A stretch of 64,000 nucleotides of DNA from Candidatus Omnitrophota bacterium (GCA_029261065.1 JAJDCB010000009.1:33625-97624); one strand, 5' to 3'. Shown: positions 50,502 through 62,500, numbered from the stretch's first letter. Notes: generated by a model from the sequence alone, not told the origin. Program-made: numbers and translations.

Positions 50502-52475
50502 CTAGTTAAAAAAAGGAATGGATTCTAAAATGTCATCGATAATGGCTTCTTCTGGCGAGACAGATTCTTGCTGCATGGGTTCATCCCCTACTACAGCCCC
50601 ACCTTCTGTCGTTACAGCACCAGACTCATCATCGCGATTATATGTTTTTTGCCTTTGCAATTCCGGATTTTGTTCCCGAATATCAAGGGCCTTAAAGATA
50701 ACATCTTTTAATTCTTGTTTAGCCCTATCAAAAATCATAGATTTGGCAACACCATCAATTTCTGGATAAACAATTAGTTTATCATAAGGACCATTGTATT
50801 GAGAAAATTGAATTTCAACTTGCGACTCATCATTTAAAAAGGAAGAAAACTCTGAAACGCCATTAACGATAGAGTTAGAAAGCTTCTCTTCTAAATAAAG
50901 AGTCGGTTTAAATTGAATATTCCCCTTATAATCTAGCTCCCCATCAGCTTTGAGAACAAACTCTTCTCCATCTATGTCTAAATTATAAGAAATTCTACTA
51001 TTTTTCGTTTGTAGCTTTGTATTAATTAAAGATATATTAGTATCCGGACTATTGAGTTTCTCTTTTAATGTGCTTGGTAAAGAACGATTTAGTTCCTCAA
51101 TGATGTCATATCCAGCTGCTTTTGCGATAATTGTTGGCGCTGATAACACTTTATCAAAAACCATTCTTAAGATATTAATATTGATCAATTTTGCATCCAC
51201 CACTTGCAGGCTTCCTGTTCCTACTAAAGATGATTTTAACATCTCTAACGTTTGCGCTTGCGTTTTAATTTCTAGATTCGAGCTTAAACTTCCCTCTAAA
51301 TTTAACGGCTCATCTAAGCCTTCTATTTCAATTAATTTCTCTTGCGAAAACAACTCTTGTAACAATAGATCCTCAGCATTAATATCTAATCGCAACTTCC
51401 TCTCTTTCATATAATCATCCACACGTCCCTTAATTTGAATCTTACCTTGAGCCAAATACATAAAAAACTCATTAATGATCACATCTTGTTCGCTGATTTC
51501 CAACTTGATATCAATATTTTCAATCGGATATTTTAAATCAGCAGACCTTATCTTCCCATTATTAAGCCCTCCATCAGCTGTTAGAACCAGCAAACCTTCC
51601 GGCCCTACAATTACCTGATGAATATCTAAACTAACAATTCCTTCAAGTTTATCCGTTAATCCCACTGGTCTTAAGTCAGGCACACTATTTAATAGACGAG
51701 ATAAAGAAAGATCTGATAAATTTGATTTTAACTTCACATCATCCACACGCAATTGACGATTTTTAGCATCGATCTGGGCTGTGCCATCAAAATCAATATT
51801 TGGTTTATCGCTAAACATCGACCATGCCATTTTAAAAGGAAACGGCTTATCTAAAGATAAATTTGAAATTTCAATTTGTAAATCAGCAATAGGAACATTA
51901 ACAGGAGGATCTTTTCGTTTATCTAGAAAGGTAACTAATCCATTTGAGATACGAATGGATTTAGCCATGATAGGTGGCATTTTAAAATTCTTTGACTTAT
52001 CTTTTTTTGATGAACCTGACGTTTCCTTCTCCTCACTTTCTGTAGAAGAAACAGAATCATTTACAGTTTTAGCAAAGGCTTCAAAATTTAATGTTCCGTC
52101 TTTATCAATAATAAGATGAATCTCTGGCGTATCAATCTCGATATGATTGATAACAATGGCTTGTGTGGTTATAAAGGCAAGAACATCCACATGTAGACGT
52201 AGGGAATCTGCTATCAGCATAGGAGATTGAGAAAATTGAGGATCATCGTTTAAACGAAGACTATCCACTCTAACAGACGCCCCCTTAAAAAAAGAAAAAT
52301 CAAGAGCTAAAGTATCAGCATACACCTCACGCTGAAGTTGTTTACTAACGGTCTTAATTATCTGAGGTTTGTAGTTATTAAGCTTAACCGTTTTTAAAGC
52401 AATAATCGTTGCACATACAACAATGAGCAGTAAGATAACAATCGTTTTTAGTAAAATTTTGATAAACTTTTTCAT
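50502..52475 (-). CDS. AsmA-family protein (TamB/YhdP-like envelope lipid-transfer family)
   Basis: 657 aa. It has an N-terminal TM anchor ([21 protein letters not shown]) followed by a long beta-rich periplasmic region typical of AsmA-like proteins. The C-terminus is acidic. Confidence 0.6.
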   Translation of the reverse strand: MKKFIKILLKTIVILLLIVVCATIIALKTVKLNNYKPQIIKTVSKQLQREVYADTLALDFSFFKGASVRVDSLRLNDDPQFSQSPMLIADSLRLHVDVLAFITTQAIVINHIEIDTPEIHLIIDKDGTLNFEAFAKTVNDSVSSTESEEKETSGSSKKDKSKNFKMPPIMAKSIRISNGLVTFLDKRKDPPVNVPIADLQIEISNLSLDKPFPFKMAWSMFSDKPNIDFDGTAQIDAKNRQLRVDDVKLKSNLSDLSLSRLLNSVPDLRPVGLTDKLEGIVSLDIHQVIVGPEGLLVLTADGGLNNGKIRSADLKYPIENIDIKLEISEQDVIINEFFMYLAQGKIQIKGRVDDYMKERKLRLDINAEDLLLQELFSQEKLIEIEGLDEPLNLEGSLSSNLEIKTQAQTLEMLKSSLVGTGSLQVVDAKLININILRMVFDKVLSAPTIIAKAAGYDIIEELNRSLPSTLKEKLNSPDTNISLINTKLQTKNSRISYNLDIDGEEFVLKADGELDYKGNIQFKPTLYLEEKLSNSIVNGVSEFSSFLNDESQVEIQFSQYNGPYDKLIVYPEIDGVAKSMIFDRAKQELKDVIFKALDIREQNPELQRQKTYNRDDESGAVTTEGGAVVGDEPMQQESVSPEEAIIDDILESIPFFN

Positions 52476-54739
52476 AATGAGAGCTTTAGATTGCTTAATA
52501 TATCTTTTAATGCGTTAACATCTGTCACAGGACGTTTGCAGACATGATTCTCACATACATAAACCGTCGTCTTATCATCCTTTGGTTTTTGATTTTCAAT
52601 AAAGGGCGCAATTTCAACGATCCCCTTTGAATCCTTTTTTGTTGAATTTAATACCACAACTTTATTGGGCAAAAACAAATTAAAAATTGGATTAACGAAA
52701 TTATGAATATCCTCATTTTTAGTAGATGCTATAACTATTTCTTGTGAAGGTCCTAATGAATAATCGAAAGCAATAAGCATTTGAGCATATGCGCTCGGCC
52801 TTTGCAAGAGTTCATCAGAAAATGCTTGAATGAGTTTATCTGTATAGCCTTCCCATTTTTTATCCAAAGTTATATGGGATAATCGCACCATAGTTAACGC
52901 GGCCATAGAATTGCCTGAGGGTATGGCTCCATCATGAATTTCTTTTTGCCGGAAAATAAGCTCTTTAGCATCAGAAGCCGTAAAATAAAAACCATGCCTT
53001 TCCTCATCCCAAAAATATTGAATCATCTGATCACTTAAAGAAATTGAGTGCTTTAAATATTTTAAATCAAATGTAGCTTCATACAAATCTATCAAAGCAT
53101 TTGTCAAAAAAGCATAGTCTTCAATAGTTGCTGCGATACCTGCATCACCATCACGGTAGCGATGAAGAAGCCGCCCCCTTTTATCAATCATTGTTGCTAA
53201 AAGAAAATCAGCACTTTGAATGGCAGCATCTTTATATTTTTCATCATCTAGTACGCGGGAGGCAAATGCTAAAGAAGAAATCAATAAGGCATTCCAATCT
53301 GTTAAAATCTTATCATCCAAGTGAGGAACTGGCCTTGTTTTTCTTTGAACAAACAACTTATCTTTAGATTCTTTTAAAATTTCATTTACTTCTTTTTCTG
53401 AAATTTTAAATTGATCTGCTGTTTGTTTCACTGTGCGTTCCACAAACACAATATTCTTCCCAATAAATTCCTGGTGGGGATCATTTTTAGCATTCCCAGA
53501 GTCACGTATACCAAAATAATATTTAAAAACTTGTGCGGCTCTCTTCTCTAATATAGAGTCTATTTCTTCAGAACGCCAAACGTAAAAAGCCCCTTCCTTT
53601 TTTTCATGAATTTGATTAGGATCTACAGAAACTTGTGAATATTCATCTGGATCAAGACTATCGGCATCCTCAGCAGAATAAAAACCACCTTGATCATCTT
53701 TCATATCGCGCAAACAATAATCTAAAACTTCACGCGCCACTTGAGCGAAAAAAGGTTCTTTTGTAATTTGATACGCTTCTAAATAGGTCCTTGCTAAAAT
53801 AGCTTGATCATAAAGCATTTTTTCAAAATGTGGCACCTGCCAATACTGATCCGTTGAATAACGATGAAAGCCTCCCCCTAAATGATCATACATTCCTCCA
53901 TTAGCCATTTGAACTAACGTTTGTTTAACCATATCCAAAACACGATTATCTTGCGTTCTTAACCAATATCTTAATAGATAAGATAGATTGTGGCTCGATG
54001 GAAATTTAGGGCTTGAACCAAAGCCGCCATATTGATCATCGTATATACGATCATATTGTTGAAAAGCACTTTTTAGTAACTCTTTTGTTAACACCTTTGT
54101 TCCTCCGCCCTGAGGAATATTCTCCTTAATCATCTCCGTTAATGTATTACTTGATGTTATCAGTTGTTCTCGATTAGTACTCCACGATCGATGAATCGAT
54201 TCCATCACCTCCGTCAATCCCGAAGAACCCCATTTTGCTTTAGGTGGAAAATAGGTGCCGCCAAAAAACGGTTTCTTATCAGGTGTTAAGATAACCGTAA
54301 GCGGCCATCCCCCCCGTCCTGTCATGGCCGTTACAGCACTCATATAAATATTATCAATGTCCGGACGTTCTTCACGATCCACTTTTATAGGAACAAAGTA
54401 TTCATTAATTTTTTGGGCAATCGCTTCATCCTCAAAAGATTCATGCGCCATGACGTGACACCAATGACAGGTGGAATAACCAATGGATAAAAATATAGGT
54501 TTGTCTTCCTTTTTTGCTTTCTCAAACGCCTCCTCCCCCCAGGGATACCAATCAACGGGGTTAGATGCATGTTGCAAGAGATACGGACTTTTTTCGTGGA
54601 TCAAACGGTTTTGATGTTGTTTTGTTTTATTCATAGCAAGGCCTCTCGTTCTTGCAGATGCAAGATTCATAAATACAAATATCGGCAATACAACTAAAGA
54701 GAAAATTACGAAAATTTTAAAGTTCTTTTTCGAAATCAT
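52472..54739 (-). CDS. Thioredoxin-domain protein of the DUF255/YyaL (SPATA20-like) family with six-hairpin glycosidase-like domain
   Basis: 755 aa with an N-terminal signal/TM. It reads [52 protein letters not shown], the hallmark DUF255 thioredoxin-like motif with CxxC. Confidence 0.8.
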   Translation of the reverse strand: MISKKNFKIFVIFSLVVLPIFVFMNLASARTRGLAMNKTKQHQNRLIHEKSPYLLQHASNPVDWYPWGEEAFEKAKKEDKPIFLSIGYSTCHWCHVMAHESFEDEAIAQKINEYFVPIKVDREERPDIDNIYMSAVTAMTGRGGWPLTVILTPDKKPFFGGTYFPPKAKWGSSGLTEVMESIHRSWSTNREQLITSSNTLTEMIKENIPQGGGTKVLTKELLKSAFQQYDRIYDDQYGGFGSSPKFPSSHNLSYLLRYWLRTQDNRVLDMVKQTLVQMANGGMYDHLGGGFHRYSTDQYWQVPHFEKMLYDQAILARTYLEAYQITKEPFFAQVAREVLDYCLRDMKDDQGGFYSAEDADSLDPDEYSQVSVDPNQIHEKKEGAFYVWRSEEIDSILEKRAAQVFKYYFGIRDSGNAKNDPHQEFIGKNIVFVERTVKQTADQFKISEKEVNEILKESKDKLFVQRKTRPVPHLDDKILTDWNALLISSLAFASRVLDDEKYKDAAIQSADFLLATMIDKRGRLLHRYRDGDAGIAATIEDYAFLTNALIDLYEATFDLKYLKHSISLSDQMIQYFWDEERHGFYFTASDAKELIFRQKEIHDGAIPSGNSMAALTMVRLSHITLDKKWEGYTDKLIQAFSDELLQRPSAYAQMLIAFDYSLGPSQEIVIASTKNEDIHNFVNPIFNLFLPNKVVVLNSTKKDSKGIVEIAPFIENQKPKDDKTTVYVCENHVCKRPVTDVNALKDILSNLKLSL

Positions 54740-54820
54740 GATTTACAGTTTAACAATTTATTATAGATAACTCAACAAAAGTTATATCATGAAAAAAAGA
54801 AGGCGGGGATAAAGAGAAAA

Positions 54821-57800
54821 TTAATAATGTTGTTCAACACCATTTAATGCATCAGCAATCATATCGGCACGGGATTTATTATCAGGCAACGATAGTTCTT
54901 GCCGTTGAGGTATTGATTTAAAACTTGAAGGTTGTTTATATGTCCTTTTAGGGGCAACACGACCTTTCTTCTTACGAAATTTAGATTCTCTGATAAGTGC
55001 TTTTTCACATTTACTAATAAATTTATCTATCTTTTTATAATTTGGTTTAATATCACCTACCTCAAGAAAAACATTTTTAGCCTGATAAAACTCCTTATGC
55101 TCATACAGACTGATGCCCTTGGCATATAATATTTCTAAATTTACTTCCAACTCCTTGCGTATCTTTTCACGTTCTTGACGAAGTCTTTCTTGTCGTTCAC
55201 GTACCAAACGATCTAACTCCATTTGTTTTTCTTTCTCCAAAACAGAACGTCTCTTTTTCTCTAATTTAAGCTGTTCTGCCCGAGAAATTCGCAATCGTTC
55301 TTCTTTACGTTTCTCAAATTTTTCTGATACAGGAGCATCCAACTTCTCTTTAAACTTCTCAACCCTTTTAAGGTTAATCTTTTCTCTTTTATCACCATTT
55401 AATTTAGCAATACTTTTAATTGTCTTTACTTTTTCTTTAGCCAATTGCGCCTCCTCTCTTCTAATCTGAGCTTCCAAGTCTTCTGTATCAGCAGCCTTAA
55501 ATAAATCAATAGGCGAGGTGCCACTTTGGTTCATTTTTGATTCTCGTATCAGCATTATTTTCTTTCGTTTCGCCTCATCCTTAGCAATTTCTTTTTGAAA
55601 TTTTCTACGATCCTTACTCATTCGTTTACGCATACGTTCTAAATACTTTTCAGAGAAATCGCCTTTGGCCAACAACGACTCATACTTATTAAACTTGGCT
55701 TGAGCCAACTCTTTATTATCAGAACGATATAATACCATCCCTTCTTTATAGACTTGAGAAATTTCCCTTTTTAATCGATTACGAATTTCTTTTTCCTTAA
55801 TCTTAGCTATTCGTTTGGCTTCCTTTTCCTTAGACAATCTTTTCTTTTCTGCCTCTTTGTTCTTTAATTCTTCCTCATGCTTCTTCGCCTCTAATTCCAA
55901 CTCCTGCTTTTTCTTCTCAAATTCCAATTTTCTTAACTGTTCAACTCGGGCCAATTCTTCTTCCTTTTCTTTTAATTCCATCTCTTTCTTTAACAAACGT
56001 CGATTAGTCTCTTCTTCCTTTTTCTTAAGCTTTGCTTCACGTTTATCATAAGGATATTTTAATTTTGATTCATTATCCTCTTTTGCACGCCATTGATCAT
56101 TTTCTTTTTTAGCTTTTTCTTCCAATTCTTGGTCATTTTTAACCATTTGTTCTTGCACATCATCCTTTTTTGATTCTTTTTTTAGAGCTTCTCTCTTTAA
56201 CTCTTTTACATTTTCAATGCGTTGCGCCTCAAACGCCTCATCTGCCTTAGCCAACATTCGTTCACTACGAAGAACGTAAGCTTTAGCTGACTTGAATCCT
56301 GGGTGGAGGGCATCTATGGTAGAAAATTTAACCTTCGCCTCTTGATAAAATCCATCTTCAAACAAAGACAAACCTTCTTCATAAAGTTTCTCAACCTCAT
56401 CCTGCCATAATTTTTTGTGTTCATTATCTTTTGAGCGCAGATGTTTATTTATTACCTTCTGATTTTTCTTGTATTCTTTTTGACGTTGCCTTTCTAATCG
56501 GTTAACTTTATTGGACGTTGCCCTACGTTTGACTTCTGCCTTTTCACCATCTATATCTTGTTTAATGCGTTTTTCATCGTATTTCGAAAGCACTTTATCT
56601 TCATCTGAAACTTTTTCCTTTTCCTGAGCATGTTTATCTTCCTGATTAGCTTTAACTGCTAAAACACCGCCTGCTTTGACCGCTTCACTCTTCATACGGG
56701 CAGCCTCTTTTTCTAATCTTAAAGCTTCCTTTTCTAAATTTTTAACTCTTTCCTCTTCCTTTTTACGTGCATTTTGTTCAGCTAATTGAAACTCACGCTT
56801 TTTCTTAAGATCTTCCATCTTCATACGGGCAGCCTCTTCTTCTAATCTCAAAGCTTCCTTTTCTAAATTTTCAACTCTTTCTTCTTCCTTTTTACGCGCA
56901 TTTAATTCAGCTAATTGAAACTCACGCTTTTTCTTAAGATCTTCCTTTTTTCGCATTTTTTCTTCTTCTACGTTTTCTTTTTCTTCTATTTTAATTTCTT
57001 TTCTTAAATCTTTCTTTTGTTGGGCCTTTCTCCATTTTGCACGCCGTTTTCTTTCACGCTTAACTTTGGCAATCGTCTCACGTTCTCGACGAAGCTCATC
57101 TTTAAATTCTTGATTACGTTTTCCACTTAATTCACCTAAATGTTCCTCTTTCGCTTTTAATTCGGCCACCCTCTTATCTTGTTTTTTATGCCACTCATCC
57201 TCATCAAACTTTTCATCACCTTGTTCTTCTGTTTTATGAAGCAATGAAGCATCAACATCTTTTAACTCCAAAGGCTCCTTTGCTTTGGCAGCCGAATTTA
57301 CAATTTTTCTTTCTTTCGTTTCAAGTTGTTTCGTGATGCGACCTAAGTACTTTTCTGTAGAACGATAATCTTCCTTCATAGCATTAATTTCCGTAAACTT
57401 ATCACGAGCCAAACCATATTCACCTTGACGATAAAATTCTTGAGCTTGCTTATAAAGCATTTTTAACTCATCTTTTTTAGAGACAATTTTTTCATCATTT
57501 TTCTTCGCAGAAGATCTCTTAACCTTAACGGCCTTTCTTTTCTTTTTCTTAACAATCTTTGCCTTGACCTTAGGTGAAGAAGAAACAGGCGTAATACGCT
57601 GAGATCCGTTAATAGCGCTATCCTCCAAACGTGACAAATAACTTAAGGCATCCTTGTATCCAGGATAAAGAGCCTCAAGTTGAATAAATTTTATTTTAGC
57701 CTGAGAATATTGTTTTTGTTTATAAAGATTTACGGCCTCTTTATAGCGCGTGTCTGCATCTTTTGTTAATTGCTCCTTACGATTTTTAACGGCACGATCA

Positions 57801-59428
57801 ATCGCGTTATCTTGATAATCGCTCTTTACGACCCTTATAGCTGGCTTATCTTTTGCTAAATATTTTTCAATTTTACTTAAAAAACTATCTGTCTTCTTAT
57901 AGTCTGGAAATATACGTTTAAGCTCCTGAAATTTTACTTTTGCCTGCTTGTATTCTTTCTTCTTATATTTACTCACTGCAGCTTTATAGACAACACCCGC
58001 TTGCTTTTCTTTATGCGCTTTAAGTTTATCGGCCACATCTTTGGCCTGATCACTATCAGTAGCATCTTGATCGACATCTTGAGCTACCTCTTTTTTTAAA
58101 CGCTTAATTTCGCTTTTTTTACTTTTTTTACTTTTTTTGCTTTTTTTGCTTTTTTTGCTTTTTTTGATTTTAGCTTGCTTCAACTGCCTTTCTTTTTTCA
58201 ACTCTTGAGCAAAACTTTTCAAATCATCGCTTTCTCTTACCCCCAAAATCTTATTTAATTTTGCAAAATATTTTGCTGTATTTTTATAATCCGGATAAAA
58301 GTCTTCCAATTCATCAAACCGCTTCTTAGCCTTTTCGTAATCTTTACGCTTAAATAATTTTATCGCAGCTTTATAAAGAAATTCAGCCTCATCTTCTGCC
58401 CGCATTTTTTCCCGCATAGCTTTCTGCTCTTTATATTTTTTATTTAATGCCTTTTTTTCTTTACTAGATAACTTAACGATTTCATTGCCATCTTCATCAA
58501 AACGATCTGCGTGTTTTTCTCGATATTTTCTAAAATTCTCAATATCTCGATCAACACGTGATAAATATCTAATAGTCGACTTATAATTTGGTAATATCCA
58601 CTCAACTTCCTGAAACTTTTCTTTGGCCAATTCATATTGGCGTGTCTTATGTAGAGAGACGGCTTGACGATAGGTTTCCTCTGCTTGATCTTCTAGCTTT
58701 TGTTCTCTATCCTTTTCTCGCTTTAATATTTCAGCTTTCCACTTTTGTTTATCACTACGCCGCTCCACAGCTTCTTGCTGTAATTTTTTCTCAATCAAGA
58801 CTTCTTGTTCTTTATCAATTTCACGCCCAATTAACATCATATAACTACGCGTTGCTTTATGATCAGGAAACATGTCTTCTACATTTTCAAACTCTTTTTT
58901 GGCTGCCATCCATTTTTTCTGTTTATATAGTGACACTGCCGACTGATAAACCTCTTCAACCTCTTTTGAGCTATAACCTCGCTCAACTTCTAAACGTTTA
59001 ATTTTTCGTTTTTCTTCTTTATTAAAAGCAATTTCTAGTTTTTTCGCTTTACGCGCGCTTTCATTTAAATAAGCCTTCATCTCAGGGTGCTCTGTAATTT
59101 TAATCGCATCTTCCCATAATTTTTGGGCCTCTTCAAACTTACCTTCTTCGTATAAACGCATTGCTTTTTCGTAATACTCCCGTGCCTTTTCTTCACGCTG
59201 TTGATTACGTCTTAAACGTGCTTGATTCTTCAACTTATCATTTACAGACTCAATTTTCTTCTTAGATTTTTTAATAAGGGCTTTAAGATTAAGAACATAA
59301 CCCTCGCTTTCTTTTTGTTCTTTAAAGGGGATGTCCTCCTCGGCGGAAGATAGAGTTGGTGGTGCGCTTAAAAAAAGGCTGGCGCTTAGAAGGCTAATAG
59401 TGAGGTGCTGTTTAAATAGCTTTTGCAT
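54821..59428 (-). CDS. Secreted 1535-aa Lys/Glu-rich coiled-coil protein with ten dispersed BamD/YbgF-like TPR hairpin units
   Basis: It has a signal peptide (LTISLLSASLFLSAPPTLSSAEE). A ~42-aa unit of the form Yx(A)vxLYkxKxYxxAKxKFxEvxxxxPdYKxTxxYLxRIxxxL occurs ten times (e.g. YKEAVNLYKQKQYSQAKIKFIQLEALYPGYKDALSYLSRLE; YKAAVSKYKKKEYKQAKVKFQELKRIFPDYKKTDSFLSKIEKYL). The units are separated by highly charged K/E/R-rich predicted coiled coil. The gene also contains a 129-nt tandem duplication and a (KKS)6 tract. Confidence 0.7.
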   Translation of the reverse strand: MQKLFKQHLTISLLSASLFLSAPPTLSSAEEDIPFKEQKESEGYVLNLKALIKKSKKKIESVNDKLKNQARLRRNQQREEKAREYYEKAMRLYEEGKFEEAQKLWEDAIKITEHPEMKAYLNESARKAKKLEIAFNKEEKRKIKRLEVERGYSSKEVEEVYQSAVSLYKQKKWMAAKKEFENVEDMFPDHKATRSYMMLIGREIDKEQEVLIEKKLQQEAVERRSDKQKWKAEILKREKDREQKLEDQAEETYRQAVSLHKTRQYELAKEKFQEVEWILPNYKSTIRYLSRVDRDIENFRKYREKHADRFDEDGNEIVKLSSKEKKALNKKYKEQKAMREKMRAEDEAEFLYKAAIKLFKRKDYEKAKKRFDELEDFYPDYKNTAKYFAKLNKILGVRESDDLKSFAQELKKERQLKQAKIKKSKKSKKSKKSKKSKKSEIKRLKKEVAQDVDQDATDSDQAKDVADKLKAHKEKQAGVVYKAAVSKYKKKEYKQAKVKFQELKRIFPDYKKTDSFLSKIEKYLAKDKPAIRVVKSDYQDNAIDRAVKNRKEQLTKDADTRYKEAVNLYKQKQYSQAKIKFIQLEALYPGYKDALSYLSRLEDSAINGSQRITPVSSSPKVKAKIVKKKKRKAVKVKRSSAKKNDEKIVSKKDELKMLYKQAQEFYRQGEYGLARDKFTEINAMKEDYRSTEKYLGRITKQLETKERKIVNSAAKAKEPLELKDVDASLLHKTEEQGDEKFDEDEWHKKQDKRVAELKAKEEHLGELSGKRNQEFKDELRRERETIAKVKRERKRRAKWRKAQQKKDLRKEIKIEEKENVEEEKMRKKEDLKKKREFQLAELNARKKEEERVENLEKEALRLEEEAARMKMEDLKKKREFQLAEQNARKKEEERVKNLEKEALRLEKEAARMKSEAVKAGGVLAVKANQEDKHAQEKEKVSDEDKVLSKYDEKRIKQDIDGEKAEVKRRATSNKVNRLERQRQKEYKKNQKVINKHLRSKDNEHKKLWQDEVEKLYEEGLSLFEDGFYQEAKVKFSTIDALHPGFKSAKAYVLRSERMLAKADEAFEAQRIENVKELKREALKKESKKDDVQEQMVKNDQELEEKAKKENDQWRAKEDNESKLKYPYDKREAKLKKKEEETNRRLLKKEMELKEKEEELARVEQLRKLEFEKKKQELELEAKKHEEELKNKEAEKKRLSKEKEAKRIAKIKEKEIRNRLKREISQVYKEGMVLYRSDNKELAQAKFNKYESLLAKGDFSEKYLERMRKRMSKDRRKFQKEIAKDEAKRKKIMLIRESKMNQSGTSPIDLFKAADTEDLEAQIRREEAQLAKEKVKTIKSIAKLNGDKREKINLKRVEKFKEKLDAPVSEKFEKRKEERLRISRAEQLKLEKKRRSVLEKEKQMELDRLVRERQERLRQEREKIRKELEVNLEILYAKGISLYEHKEFYQAKNVFLEVGDIKPNYKKIDKFISKCEKALIRESKFRKKKGRVAPKRTYKQPSSFKSIPQRQELSLPDNKSRADMIADALNGVEQHY
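56691..56948. repeat. Tandem duplication, 2 x 129 nt (~95% identical), inside the 1535-aa gene
   Basis: Copy 1 at ~56691-56819 and copy 2 at ~56820-56948 both begin TTCATACGGGCAGCCTCTT. They encode two near-identical 43-aa units (EDLKKKREFQLAE(L/Q)NARKKEEERV(E/K)NLEKEALRLE(E/K)EAARMK). Confidence 0.9.
58113..58166. repeat. Simple sequence repeat: six tandem 9-nt units CTTTTTTT(A/G), each with a T7 run, encoding (KKS)6 on the minus strand
   Basis: The sequence 58113-58166 reads cttttttta cttttttta ctttttttg ctttttttg ctttttttg ctttttttg. It lies inside the 1535-aa gene (KIKKSKKSKKSKKSKKSKKSE). Confidence 0.9.
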
Positions 59429-59456
59429 AAATTAATAATTCGTAGTAAACATGTCG

Positions 59457-59474
59457 TCCCCGCGAAAGCGGGGA
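59457..59474 (-). terminator. GC-rich stem-loop (6-7 bp stem, GAAA tetraloop) in the AT-rich spacer between the two giant genes
   Basis: The hairpin is tCCCCGCgaaaGCGGGGa. A second imperfect GC hairpin lies at ~59516-59532 (TTCCGCttccGCGGGAA). On the minus-strand transcript no strong U-tract follows the stem, so it is a weak intrinsic-terminator candidate or an RNA stability/processing element. Confidence 0.4.
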
Positions 59475-59579
59475 TCCATTTATAATAATATATATAGATA
59501 TAGTTATTATGAGGTTTCCGCTTCCGCGGGAATAACACTTTTCTATTAGTACACTTTTAATATATCTATATTAGTGACC

Positions 59580-62500
59580 TCATTCTACCATAGGCCCTTG
59601 AACCTCTTCCAGAATTTTCTCCAGTATTTTCTTTGCTTTATCATACTGTCCATTCTTATAATATTGGTCAGCTAGAGTGCTCATTTCTTTAAGTTTTTCT
59701 TCCTTATCAATTTGACCCTGAATATATTGGGCGGCCTCAGCAAACATCATTTGACCTGCCATAATAATATCGCGATAGATCTGTTGAGATTCTTCTAAAC
59801 GGCCGTCCTTGTGGGCTTTTTGAGCTAAGACAAAATAACTATTTAATTCATAGAGGATCGGACTATCATCTCGTGATAACTCATCATCAACCATAATCCA
59901 AGCCCAATAGGCGATTTTTTCTTGTAACCAGCGCTGTTTATTGCGATCTTTTTCTTCCTGCGTTTGATCATAAAGACTTCCGGTAATGCGCATAAACGGC
60001 CCTTCAGAGGCATAATCTAGATGAGTGAGATCATCATCAAATTCTGTAAAATTGTAACCAATTCCAATTTGAGCAAACTCACCTACACGTCTGGCTCCCT
60101 CAATGAGGAATCCACGTTTTTGGTCTCGGGCTTCTTCAACATCCAAAATACGGAATTCACTTCCTATCGTCCAATCGCTATCAATTTTATAATTCAATCG
60201 ATGAATCATTAACCATGTATGTGTTTTTGTAAAATCAAAGCCTGTGACTTTTTCTTCCCCAATACGATACGCAAACTTTTCTGTAACTTGCCATTTATCT
60301 GTTAAATCATAAATCACATCAACAGCCATAACATGCGCGCTTTCTTCTTCAATATCAGATTTATCCTCCTGACCTTCTGGAGAGCGTTCTTCAAGATAAG
60401 TGTAACGACTTAAGATATTTAAGCGATCATGATAAATAGGACGATAGGCAGCACCAATAATTAACTCTTTATGTTTCGCCTCATAACGGCCTGCTGTTTC
60501 ATTTCGTGTCTTAGAAATTTCTATTTTACTAAAGACGGTAAGTTCAGAAGAAAGCTTGCCTTCGACAGAGCTAAAAACGAGATACTGTCTTTTATTTTCT
60601 TCACCATCATCAAAACGCGCTTCTAATTTTGTTGAACTGCTAAGCGCTTTTCCTGTTTCTTCATCTGTATGAGAATAACCCATTCCTAAACTCACCACAT
60701 CACGATCAGATTCAGAACCATCATGACTTTGAACTTCTCCTCGCTCATAAGAACCTGAAAAAGCCCAACGATCATCAATGTCCCCTGATAACCCATAGAT
60801 GTTTGAACTCGTAATATCTTTATCACCTTCTGAATACGCGCGTGTTAGAGACCCTTCTAACTTCTTACCGTTCTTCTCACGAATAAGACTGTATGTCGAA
60901 TCGGTTGTATTGGCCTCAGGTGTTTGTCCAAAGGCACGATTGGTGGCCACACGTAAGTCTTGTGTTAATCTTGAACTTGAACCAAAACTCATAGCACTTG
61001 ATCGACCCTCCGTTTTTGAATCGGTTAGATCAAACTGGCTGGTTGTTGTAGTTTTGTCATTAATTTGAGAGTCGCCACCAAAACTTAACGTTGTTGAACT
61101 ATCATCAACAGACTTAGCCATCTCAATATTGGTATTAACAGAGGTCTTCTCATCAACTTGTTTGGATGCTCCTACTCCAAGAGTTGTGGTCCTTTGACCT
61201 GCTTTATCTGTAGTAACTGAAGTTCGCACCTCAACCTCATCACTAATTTTAGCTTCAGCTCCCATGGTAGATGTTTTCTCTACATTGCCAGCTTTATCCG
61301 TAGTAATGGCATAACCACCCGTTAAGCTTAACCGTTCTGAGACATCAGCTGTTACATCTAGCTCTGTTGCTGTTCCTGATGTTGCGATAACCTCTTTGGC
61401 TTCGATGGTTATACTTTCTGTTGGTTTTACTATGGCACCAAGTGTTGTTTGGTTATTCTTCGCACCATGAATAGTCATTTGCTGCTCTATGGAAAGTTCT
61501 AACTTATCGCTTACGGTATAATCTCCACGGATAGCCAAAGAATCTTCAATTTCTTCAGACTGACTGTCAAACTTATCAATACGCGATTTTGTCACTTGAC
61601 GTTGGTATTCCCCTGTTAATTTTAAGTCGCGAATCTCATGGACAACCTGAACGATTGAAGTCGATGTCTTAAACGCTCCTAATTGAAGTTGTGTTTGCGC
61701 ATTGCCATCGTGAATCAGGCTTTGAATATCATGACGGGCACTTAACCGTGTCTTTTCAGCTAAATCATAAACGACCTCAAATCCTGAAAGCTCTTTGCCT
61801 TGCTGAGATGTCGTAGCTGCTGATGAGAAGTCATTTCCTATCCATTTATAATAGCTGCTCACACCAAGTCTGTTAAATAATCTAGCATCCCCCTTAATAC
61901 CATAGGCCGATCCAGATGAAATTTCGCTGGTTTTTAGTTCTGCAAAGGATAAACCACCATCCGTTGATATAAACGTGCCTTGCGATTCTGAAACCGTTTC
62001 GGCGTATTCAGCCGTAACAGAGGCATCTTCACTTAGTCGTACAGTCACATCCGTACCCCGCAATTCGTAATCTGTTTGATCTTGGGTTTCACTCACATAA
62101 GTGACTCCAGCAATCACGTTATCTGAAAGTGCCTGTCGGACACGTGTACCGGCGGTGGATTCATCAAGTTTTTCATTCACTTCATACTGGTAATCTGTAA
62201 TCACATAAACAAGATTTCCGTCTAATAAGTCATTAGAGATGATGGAATAAGTATCCACAAGGATTGGTACAGGTCTCCAGAACAAGATACGACCACTGTT
62301 ATAATCCATTTCATAGTCAGCCCCTTCTTTCATTTCTCGAGAAGAAACAACTAAACCTGTAATCTTATCTCTTACTTCAATCAAAACTTTATCAGAACCT
62401 TCAATGACATCCTTATGTTTTAAGAAGTAGAGCGAACCACCCGTTGCTAAAAACTCATTATGCGCACTCTTTTGTTGTGTGCGGGCATGGAAGGCAACAA

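Noticed and set aside
58113-58166. Regularly spaced short repeats considered as a possible CRISPR-like array
   Set aside because: The unit is only 9 nt with no spacers. It lies inside a long ORF and simply encodes (KKS)6.
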